DNA of 62,189 nt, counting the filler, from Chiloscyllium plagiosum (taxonomy: Eukaryota): assembly GCF_004010195.1 (NCBI RefSeq). It is 3 parts of one record of this genome, joined end to end, with 100 filler letters (N's around TTAATTAATTAA, not from the genome) between each part and the next. Parts side by side here need not be neighbours in the genome. Positions count along the whole stretch, not along the records: positions 17,463 to 34,025 come from NC_057717.1; 2 more parts are not named here. One strand, given 5' to 3'. Under the pieces are notes generated by a model that searched no databases, was not told where the DNA came from, and was given only the letters and a program-made list of their open reading frames with translations. Every line of letters starts with the position of its first letter. Positions within the stretch are counted from its first letter, which is position 1. Shown in pieces: positions 24,275 through 34,125 of this stretch. A program made the position numbers and the translations under genes.

Positions 24275-25725
24275 CTGGAATTAAGTTTCAGTTTTATCCA
24301 GGTTTTGTGGGTTTGAATCCCATTGCTACCGCAACCTTTCTCTTCCGTACTGCATTTGTACACACGTCCATCTCTTAGTGAAAAATGATTCCACTTTACT
24401 GGGAGTGACAGAGACAAGGTTGTCGCTGCAGCCAAATATACATGAATGAGGTCCCTTTCAACGCGTAAGGTTCCAATCCAACCATGCAATAATCAAACTG
24501 CTCAGAGGAACGAAATGAAAATGAAATTTTCTAGGGTCAGTGAAGGATCCATGTCAAATGAATTTGAACAAGAACTAAATGATTCAGAAGGTTCTGATGG
24601 AAACCAAAGGGAATTCTGCCTGAACGTTTCCCAATTCACTCGGAAAATTATTTTCTTGTGTGCCGATGTGCGTTTACACAACGAACAGTTTGAAATCGGT
24701 AGTGGATTTGGGGGTTCGGCAGAATTATGAGGTTTCAGTTCTGGACAGAAGTGATCTGGCCTAACGTGAAGACAAACATTTCCAGAGGCGAGACTGATCC
24801 AGGATCACATGTTCTGCTTCTGTAGCGTAAAGACAAATTCCTGGAAACTTTCAGAAGGTCTGCAGCATCTGGGAATGAGAGCAGAGTTAATCTTTTAGTG
24901 CCAGTGACGTTATTGTTTTACCAGGTCCATCTCCACCTGCCTTTCTGAACCCCACTCTTTTATTTGAAGCTGTTCTCTCCTCCACCTTCATCCTCAGCTT
25001 TTCTTTTATTATTTCCTCTCCTGCCACTATCCCAGTGTCTAGATTTGTTTCAGACTTGTGCCATTTGTCAAACTGCCAAGTTCTGACTGGCGGTCATTGA
25101 GTCAAACAATTAACTCTGTTTCTATCTCTCGAAATAGCAGAGGCCACAGACAGTAAGATATCGTCGCATGGTTAGGTCTTTCAGCCCCTGTACCTTGCTC
25201 TGCCATTTGGTTGTCAAACCCATTCTCCAGTATTCTCACTGTAACACGTCATCCATCTCTTTCACCGCGACGATCTGAATCCGGCTCCATCCACAATACG
25301 TACAACTGTTACACCATTTCTGTGTTTGACCGAGCTCCATTTCAGTCCCGCATTGACATTCCGATCCCTCCTTAGCAAAGCCATCCCTGCTGGGAGTCAA
25401 CTCGATCGAGGCTGTGGCCCCAGTGTGTTTGTATGGAGTCGTGATAATCAGGTTTATCTCTCACGGAATGGATCGCTGCTTCAAATAGCCGTTGAGACAA
25501 AACGAGTGTTAACGTGGCTGAGTTTATTGCTTTCAATTCTTGTCAGCAAACCTTGCTCACGTTGTTCCCAAACATGTTGACTGTTGGCGCAAGAGGGAAT
25601 GCAAATTCAATAAATTGCTGTGAGCGATTTTGTCAGATTTCACATTTTCTTCATCCTGCATATGCAAACATGTTTCCAAAACCTGCATTCATTATTTTTA
25701 AGAATGAAGTCGGCAATGCCGCTTT

Positions 25726-25796
25726 TTTTCTGCAGAGGAGATTTATCAGTTTGCCTTCTATGCAAAAGCGGCCCGTGTCAGATTCAGGCAGAAACA
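25726..25796 (+). pseudogene. tRNA-Val pseudogene (weaker relic also at ~25427-25500)
   Basis: tttctgcagaggagatttatcagtttgccttctatgcaaaagcggcccgtgtcagattcaggcagaaaca vs GTTTCTGTAGTGTAGTGGTTATCACGTTCGCCT..CACGCGAAAGGTCCCCGGTTCGAAACCGGGCAGAAACA. Confidence 0.6.
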
Positions 25797-26789
25797 TTGG
25801 TGTCCCCTTGTTACTTGCGACAGATTTAAGGTCTGTCGTGCCTGNNNNNNNNNNNNNNNNNNNNNNNNNNNNNNNNNNNNNNNNNNNNNNNNNNNNNNNN
25901 NNNNNNNNNNNNNNNNNNNNNNNNNNNNNNNNNCATCCTTTTCCAGAGTGTAGTTACGAACTTTTCTCTGCCCCGAAGTTCCAGGGAAACTTGTTGCAGC
26001 GTATTCAGCCTCAACATGCAGCCCAACTCCTGCAAACATATCAACATCCTTGTAAATAATTCCTCAGCAATTTCAAGTGATTTTCTTTGATGTCCATTAA
26101 TGTCAATAACCCTGGACAACATGATCTACTTTGAACTTGCTCGCCCATATCTGCTGTAGTGGTGAAAAGAATAGAATTTCGATTAAGTGCTCGAAGTTTC
26201 TCTCCTCCCTGGTCCTCAACATCCGCCAATGTGTACAGTACCGATGACCATCCTGTTTGAGAGTGCAGTGACCGTGCACCTATCCTTTCTGTAAAAATAG
26301 TACCGCATTTGCATTCTGTGTGAAGGCGGACCTATTCAGTGTCAAGGAGATCCCTCATTTACTGGTATCACAGTGAACATCGAATTGCTTCTCTACGCTC
26401 TCTGCAAAATATATCGCAAAGTAGCCTCTGACAGGCCTCATTGGAATGCTGTATATCTTTTCTCTACCGGAATAAGTATCAAAAATCCTCATACATGTTT
26501 TGGAGAAGTTCACATATTCAAGTGTCTAAGGACTGTGAGAATGTCCGGCTCATTCAGTCAACAAACTGAATGAATGGATTTGTACACTCAGATGAATCAC
26601 TGGAATCGTGGCCTTATATACTCACTTATACTAATGTGTGCTCTGAAATCTCAGCCATGTTGGAAATGAAACTGAGGAAATGACAGACAGGCTGCCGAAT
26701 GACATTGCATCCATCATCATTCCTTTATATCACAGAAGAGCTGTAAAACATAAACGGGGGGAGGGGCGATAGGCAAGCAAGGTACATCC

Positions 26790-27300
26790 AGCTCTCGTGA
26801 ACACTTTCTCTGACAGCTTATTCCATGCACGCATCTCCATCTGTGTGAAAACATTCCTTATGTCCCTTTTAAATCTTTCCCATATCAACGTACACATATG
26901 CCCTGAAGTCTTGGACTCCCCCAAGTCCGAGGAAAGACCTTCTTTATTTATCCTACCCATCCCAAATGACTTCAAAAACTTCCACAAGGTCACCTCTCAG
27001 CATCGCATTTTTCGGGGAAATTGCCTGAATCTATTCAGCCCCTACCTCTAGCTCACATCCTCCAGTCGGTGCGCTATCCTTGTAAAGCTTACATGAGAAA
27101 TTTCAATATTCACAACATCTGATAGTTTGCAGGGTCAACAGAAATGCACGCATAATTCGAAAACTGGACGCGTCAATGTATTGTACAGCCGCAATGACCG
27201 CCGAACTTCGAAGCACAATGGACTGAACAATGCAGGCAAGCATAATGATCACCTTCTCACTGTTCTATTTCGAATGTGCTATGAATCTGCACTTGTACGA
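26790..27300 (-). mobile_element. decayed CR1 3' fragment
   Basis: ORF 26730..26993 GESKTSGH...ERFKRDIRNVFTQMEMRAWNKLSE is CR1 ORF2 C-terminus. Confidence 0.8.
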
Positions 27301-27309
27301 AGATCTGCA

Positions 27310-30300
27310 CTTGTTCTACATTGCACCAATTCTCCCAGTTAGTACTACACGCCTCCAACTCCCCCATTTAGCACTGCACTGCCCCAGTTCTACCATTGTT
27401 CTACACTGCTACAGTTCCCCGATTAGTACTGTACTGTCCCAATTCTCCCATTTACAGCTTCACCGTTCCAGCTCTCCCTTTTAGATCTATACTTCCCCAA
27501 ATCTCGCATTTAGTGCAATACTATCCCGTATTTCCAATTTAGTGTGACGCATCTCCAAATCTCCCTTTAAGATGTACACCGCCACAAATCTCCCGTTTAC
27601 TGCTACTCTGCCCCAAAGCTCCAATTTAGTGCCACTCTGACTCAGTCCAATTATTGCTACACTGCCCTGATTGTCCCATTTAGTTCGACTCTGCCCTCAC
27701 TCTCCCGTTTAATGCTACACTGCGCCAACTCTCCCAATTTGTAAAACACTGTCCAATTTCGCCCTTTCGAGCTACACTGCCCAACTTCTCCCATTTAGTT
27801 CTGCATGGCCCAATATTCGCTTTTGATGAACCACTGGCCATTTTACATTGACATGCCTCATTTGATGGTGCAGTACTGCCTCAGGCTGAACCTCTGACGG
27901 TGAGGCACTACCCCTGGCTTACCCTCTGATAGTGGGTCATTGCTTCAGGACTAAAATTTCAGTGCTCGGTCAGAAGTGCGCTAATCATCGAGCTGCAATA
28001 CCCACAGTGCTGATCCTCTCATCGTGAGGGCCTACTTTAATTATGCAATGCCGGACATGATCTCCAGGCATGGGGCACTTCCTCGGTTCTGGCAATCTGT
28101 CAGGATGGTGTTAGTCAGTCGGTTCTGGTCTTCGGACAGAGCTTCTGTACTACCGATGTCCTCAACATCCAGTCGTGTGGCAGCCCTCGATTCTGGCCTC
28201 ATTGCAATGAGGCACTGGGAGAATGCATTAGTAACAAAGGGTGAATATTCAGCAAGTGGCTATTTGGAATGTACTCACGGGGAGCAGTACTAAGGTATTC
28301 AGAAACTTTCTGAGGGTTGGTACGGAAGAGTGCTTCCGTTTTGCAGGGTCAGAAGTGAGGAAGTGTCTTATTGTCTGAGATTCACTCCTGAGCCAGCGGG
28401 TTGTCACAAGGTCAGTGCTGTTTGGATTATCTAAGAAGTGAGAGAGTGCCCTAGCCCCATTCTCCCACTTAGGGGTGCGCTCGTCTAATTCTCTCATCCA
28501 TTTAATGATACACTGTACAATTTCTCCCAGTTACTGCTATACTGCACCAATTACCACATTATCTGATGCACTGTTCCAAATGTTCTTACTGAGATAAACA
28601 CTTACCCAATTCCTCCATTTCATCATTCTTTGCAATGACTCTATAATTCATTGCTGCTCTGTTGAATTCTTAAATGTAGGTATGGATAAGGTGGAGCGAA
28701 TGGTCTGTTACTAATAGCATATTGTATAGCTATCTGTTACACTGATAGCATATTGTCTAGCTAACTCCATTGTTAACAGTTAACCCGAGAATGCAACTTT
28801 AAAAAAAGGGTTTTGTGATTTACACATGAAAGAATTGAAATTATCACTGTATTCTAACAGATGAAAGGCTTAACAGACAATCAATTCTTTAATGTATAGT
28901 TTCAGTTACATCACACTGCAAATTTTTGCTATAAATTCTGCGTTACGATCGAGCCCTCCACAATCACCTGATGAAGGAGCGTCGCTCCGAAAACTAGTGT
29001 GCTTCGAATTAAACCTGTTGGATTATAACCTGGTGTTGTGTGATTTTGAACTTATTAAAATTGAATCGAGACGGTCCGTTTTTTCCTTTAGTTAATCTCC
29101 ATCACTAAGCCTTATCCGATTTCCTGAATCGTTGCCTCTGTTCATCAATTTGCTGCAAGTCTCGAAGATATTAGTGTCTTGCACCAATTCGGTCATTAAC
29201 TGATGCCCTGCACTAATTCTCCAGTTCAGTGTTGTACAATACCATTTCTCCCATTTACTGATATCTGGAAGAGGTTCTCCACTCAATATTGCCCTGTAAA
29301 ATTTTCACATTTATTGGTGCCCCAGTCCAATTCTCTTATTCAACATTATCTGCGCCATTTCTTCCTTTTGGTTTTGTGCTCGCCGTGTTTTCCCATTTTG
29401 AGTGACAGTTCCTCAATTCTCCCGTTCAGAGCGACACTGCCCACATTCTCCCATTTAGTGCTGCATTGCCCAAGTCTACCATTCAGTGCTACACTGCACC
29501 AATGTTCTCGTTTAATGCTACACTGCCCCTTTGACACTGAGGCTCTTTATCTGACGTTGAGGCACTTTCAGACCCACACTCTGACTCATGCTGACCATCT
29601 GACCGTGTGACACTGCCTCACGCTGACCCTCTGGCGGTGCTGCGTTGTCTCAGGCCAATCTTTGATCGTGAGACCCTGCCACAGGCTGACATTCTGATGA
29701 TGAGGCATTCCCCCAGGCTGCAACTCGAACGGCGAGACAACGCCTCAGGAGTGAAATTGCAGTCCTCATTCAGGGGTGCCCTCATTATCGAGCTGCAATA
29801 ACCACAGTGCTGATCCTCTCATTTTGACTGACTCCTTTCACACTGAAGTGTCAGACAGAATCTCCAGGAATAGTGCACTTCCTCAGTTCTGGCCATCTGA
29901 AAGCGCGGGCTTACTCACAGGATACTGGCCGTTTGACGGCGCTTTTGTACTGCCTCTGACCTCACACTCCAATAGCATGAAATCCCTCGTTTCTGGTCTT
30001 GTTGCACTTTGCAACTGCGGAACTGAACTATTAACAAAGAGTCAATACACAGCCAGTGACTCTTTTCACTGCAGTTGTGGGGAGCAGTACTGAAGTATTC
30101 TGTGACGCTTGGAGGTTTGGAGCGGGGTAATGCTTCCTTTTAGGAGGGTCAGTGGTGAGGACGTGCCTTATTGTCTGCGATTGAGTCCTGAGTGAGTGAC
30201 TTGTCAAACATTCAGAGCTGTGTTTAAAATCACACAACACCAGTGTCTGAGAACTGGTGGAGTGCCCTAGTTGCATTCTCCCATTTATGGGTTTCCTCCT

Positions 30301-31895
30301 TTCATTCTCCCATGCAGTATGTCCTGCTCCATTTACTGCTGCACGGCATCAAATCTCCGATTTACTCCTGCACTGAACCAGATCTCTCATTCGCTGCTGT
30401 ACCTAACTGTTTCCCCATTATCTGACGCCCTTTTCCAAATGTTCTTACTGAGATAAACACTTGGCTATGGTTCCATTTCGTTATTCCTTGAAATTATTGT
30501 CCCATTCTTTGGTGCACTGTTAAATTCATAAATATTAGGGATGCACAAGTTGGACAGAAGTGTCTGTTTCTGTGCAGCGATTCTCCATCATTATATTCAG
30601 TGTTTCACTACACTGCACACTTTCTCCCATTTATCAATCCTGCACAAATTCTGGAAAAGCATCAACGCTTCCATTTAATATTATCCAGCTCCAGTTCTCC
30701 CACTCCCCGACACTAAATTCGCCTGCTTTCTCATATAACGATACTAATTCTGCCATTTCCTCATATCCCACTATGATTCTCTTATTTTCTGATGCCCGAG
30801 TTCAAATCTCGCATTTAGGAATGCCCTACTCTAATTCTACATTTTAATGGTGACTTGCACCAAATATCTAATTTAGGTCCACTCCGCACCACTTCATCCA
30901 TTAACTATGTAGCTGCAATGATTCTCCCATGTCGTGGTCCACTGCTGTAATTCTCCAATGTTGGCGTTTACTGCATCAAATTCTCAAATTGCCAATTCTG
31001 CACTAATGCACCCTTTCGTCATGAACTGAAGAAACTCTCCCATTCAGTATTGCCTTGCCCCAACTTTCCTGTTTTGCTGTTTCCTGACATATATCTTCCA
31101 CATAATGATTTACTGCTCAAAGTTTTTTTCTTTTTTGTCGCCCTTCATCGAATGGCCACTTTCCAGCACTTTACAACATTTCTCCGACTTCCTGATTCCT
31201 GCCCGTGTACTCCCATTTAAATATGCTCTGTTCCAAGTTTGCATGCTTTCAGCACCCCACACCAATTCTCGAATTCAATATTGCCCTGAAACAATTCTCA
31301 TGTTCATTGATATCGAAACCAACTTCTCCCAGTTGTGGAACGCCACTGTGACTCTCTGAGATAGTGGTGCCATACCCCAATTCGCTGTTAAAGTTCCACT
31401 GTGCAATTTTTCCATTTTGTGGTTCGTGCAACAATTATCCCAAATACAGCTTCACTTCCGTGCACCATTCTACCATTTTCGAATCCTGCACGAATCTTCT
31501 TTTCGTCACCAACTGCACCTCCACCACTTTTAATATTATTCAGCACCATTTCTCCCACGTCTTCCACCAATTCTCTACTTTCGTGACATCGGCAATAACT
31601 CTCCCATTATTGATGCCCTGCGTCATTTGTCCCATTGCGTTGTTTCCTGATACACTTCCTCCATGTATGGATTCCCTGTTCCAAAGTTTTTTTTTTCAGT
31701 TCTTGGTGGGCGGACTCGAATCTCGACTTTACTGCTGCTTGCAAAATTTTCCTTCTCAATGATTCCCTGCCCCATTCTTCCAATTAGAGGTGTTCTGCTC
31801 AAACTCTTTGATGAATAGGCAATTTGTACTAATTTTCCAATGTAATGGCACTGTGCAACAATTCTCCCATTTACTGATACCCAACAATTCTCCCA
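27310..31895. repeat. composite degenerate satellite: ~29-bp unit (AATTCTCCCATTTAGTGCTACACTGCCCC) with embedded ~32-bp blocks and a ~1.8-kb higher-order duplication
   Basis: ctcccattta recurs every ~29 bp; cacagtgctgatcctctcat at 28003 and 29803; aaatgttcttactgagataaacactt at 28578 and 30437. Confidence 0.85.
28770..29052 (+). mobile_element. Penelope pLTR-like insertion with hammerhead motif at 28965-28999
   Basis: CAC-CUGAUGA-A-GGAGC-guc-GCUCC-GAAA-ACUA-GUG followed by aattaaacctgttggattataacctggtgttgtgtgatttt. Confidence 0.75.
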
Positions 31896-31915
31896 CTGCC
31901 TGACACCCTGACACC

Positions 31916-32453
31916 TGTCGTGGAAATTTAATCAACTCGAATCAACTGCTTGCAAGAGCAAAGGAAATGCTTTATTTTTCAACCTCTGCATGCAGGGCGG
32001 CCAATATGCTTGGCAAAAGTGTCTTATATAAGGGCTGTGAACAAAATTCACATATTCATTTTATACTATTCTTATCACATGCTGAAGGACAAGTGTTGGC
32101 AAACATTCGAGCTCATATTTTCTCATTACCATGCCTTGGACATAATTGTCTTTATGTTTTTTGAAGCTTTTTTATGAACTCGGCTGCTCGCAAGGCCAGG
32201 TGAAATGTTTGCAAAGTTCCACAAAGACAAGCTGACTCCTCGACGCAGAATTCAGCAAAGTATTTGCATATTTCAGCGAAGTATTAAATTTTGCAAAACA
32301 TTCTCTGACAGGTTTCACAGTAAATGTTAATTTTGTCAAGGTTCCATTACATTATCCAAATTGTTGTCATTTTACAGCAAGGACAACAACCTAACAAAAG
32401 GCAGATAGCTATATATAAAAATAATTTATGAACACCGGGCATTTCCTCAGACA
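31916..32453 (-). mobile_element. 3' LTR of an endogenous retrovirus
   Basis: Minus strand begins TGTCTGAGGAAAT, ends ATTTCCACGACA (imperfect terminal inverted repeat, TG..CA); TATATAA at ~32024-32031, AATAAA at 31971-31976; lies ~70 bp downstream of env. Confidence 0.75.
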
Positions 32454-32520
32454 CCACCTAACTCTAACACAGCTTTGTGGTTTTTCCACTTCCCTGGTTT
32501 GTCCGATTCACAGCCCATCT

Positions 32521-33633
32521 TCACACGTCACATTCGTCAAGGTCGCTGTAGGGTGCAGACAAGCAATCGGATCTTCCCTCTTTGGCGCCACGGATAGTTT
32601 AATATTTCGTATCCTACTGCATTCATAAGCAAGTGTGCAGGCAGATACACAACTAGGGTCTTATTCAAAATAGTATGAGTAAGACCAGTCCTACAACTAG
32701 TAGAACGATATGGGTCCATTGCCCCCATCCTCCATAAGGGTCGTGAGCCATCGGGAGCAGGAGTCATCTGCTCGTGGAGGCGGTCATATAGCTGCCTTCA
32801 TACCATTCATTAAACCAGTAATATTTTGGGACTCATCAGGAACAGCATGAGGTACCTAACGTTTTGCAGACGCCCCCTCTCGCGGCCGTCAGGATGTCTA
32901 GTACTAATCGATTTTGTGTCACTGCTTCCTAACCGCCATTAACTCAGTGTTAATGAGTGCTAGGCCTTCCTCCGTCTCATTTTCGAATACACCATATGCG
33001 AGAATGTTCTGCGAGTGTGTACTGATTTCAATGCAGAGGGATGCCCCTTCGAGTTCGGCAATTGCTACCTTTTAGGGCGAACACTGTTGTGTTGGTGGAC
33101 AGTATCGCGGTGTAGCAGCACCCCTTTCTCCCCGGGGGAGTGGTGGGACCCTTTCTCGCCACCTGCCCATATTATACCTGCCATTCTGATTAGATTAGAT
33201 TACTTACAATGTGGAAACAGGCTTTTCGGCCCAACAAGTCCACACACACCAGCCGAAGTGTAACCCACACATACATTTACCTAACACCTAACACTGTGGG
33301 CAATTTAGCAAGGCCCATTCACCCGACCTGCACATCCTGGTGACTGTGGGAGGAAACTCACGCAGACACAGGGAACATGTGCAAACTGCACACTGTCAGT
33401 CGCCTGAGGCGGGAATTAAACCGAGTTCTCCGACGCTGTTAGGCAGCAATGCGAACCACTGTGCCACCGTGCCGCTCATGGTCTGACCATTGATAAAGGA
33501 ACAAGCAATGTTTATAGTCGTATCATTTGCGTATGTTGCTGTACAAGTATCATTGTTCAAGTACAGCATTAAGGTAACCAAAATGAGTCTCCCCCGATTC
33601 GTGCAAATATACGTTTCTCCCCTGCAATCCAGG
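32521..33633 (-). pseudogene. env: endogenous retroviral env (gamma-type SU C-terminus + TM), frameshifted, split by a SINE
   Basis: Manual translation across frameshifts: NNDTCTATYANDTTINIACSF..[SINE]..AGIIWAGGEKG..GCCYTAILSTNTTVFALKGSNC-RTRR-GIP..FENETEEGLALINTELMAVR.AVTQNRLVLDILTAARGGVCKTLGTSCC..VPDESQNIT..WLTT.GGWGQWTHIVLLVVGLVLLILF. Confidence 0.92.
33188..33476 (-). mobile_element. HE1/V-SINE inserted in env
   Basis: gattagattagatt tail; aaccactgtgccaccgtgccgc head in reverse. Confidence 0.95.
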
Positions 33634-34025
33634 AAGGTGAGGAAGGCATATGGCGTACTGGCTTTTATTGGTAGAGGAATTGAGTTCCGGAGTCCTGAGG
33701 TCATGATGCAGTTGTATAAGACTCTGGTGCGGCCGCATCTGGAATATTGTGTGCAGTTTTGGTCGCCATACTATAGGAAGGATGTGGAGGCACTGGAACG
33801 GGTGCAGAGGAGGTTTACCAGGATGTTGCCTGGTATGAAAGGAAAATCGTATGAGGAAAGACTGAGGCACTTGGGGCTGTTTTCACTAGAGAAAAGAAGG
33901 TTTAGGGGTGACTTGATTGAGGTGTACAAGATGATTAGGGGGTTAGATAGGGTAGACAGTATGAACCTTCCCCCACGTATGGAGTCGGGTATTACAAGGG
34001 GGCATAGCTTTAAATTAAGAGGGGG
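33634..34025 (+). mobile_element. young CR1 LINE 3' region (same family as 2517-3191)
   Basis: KAYGVLAFIGRGIEFRSPEVMMQLYKTLVRPHLEYCVQFWSPYYRKDVEALERVQRRFTRMLPG; runs into linker. Confidence 0.95.
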
Positions 34026-34125
34026 NNNNNNNNNNNNNNNNNNNNNNNNNNNNNNNNNNNNNNNNNNNNTTAATTAATTAANNNNNNNNNNNNNNNNNNN
34101 NNNNNNNNNNNNNNNNNNNNNNNNN
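34026..34125. other. artificial scaffold linker N44-TTAATTAATTAA-N44
   Basis: Same 100-bp structure as 17363-17462. Confidence 0.95.

Larger units (their letters stand above)
23766..24331 (+). pseudogene. tRNA-Leu pseudogene split in the anticodon arm by a Penelope-like insertion
   Basis: 5' half agcagcgtggccgagtggactaaagcactagaattaag (23766-23803); 3' half ctggaattaagtttcag...gtgggtttgaatcccattgctaccg (24275-24331); duplicated ct(a/g)gaattaagtt. Confidence 0.85.
23766..26500 (+). repeat. tRNA-relic cassette copy C
   Basis: Colinear with revcomp of 10760-13393 throughout (24360-24760 vs 12745-13140; 24920-25200 vs 12340-12620; 25570-25830 vs 11655-11900; 26200-26490 vs 10760-11065). Confidence 0.8.

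Noticed and set aside
27310..31895. CRISPR-like regular repeats (also 48315-48583)
   Set aside because: Head-to-tail tandem units without unique spacers, no cas genes, vertebrate context.
32650..32990. Endogenous filovirus or arenavirus glycoprotein
   Set aside because: The TM fold is shared, but the QNRLVLD..GGVC motif and the adjacent LTR point to a retroviral env.
33490..34077. 195-aa ORF with hydrophobic N-terminus fused to an RT C-terminus
   Set aside because: Chance read-through from antisense env sequence into a CR1 fragment; not a gene.
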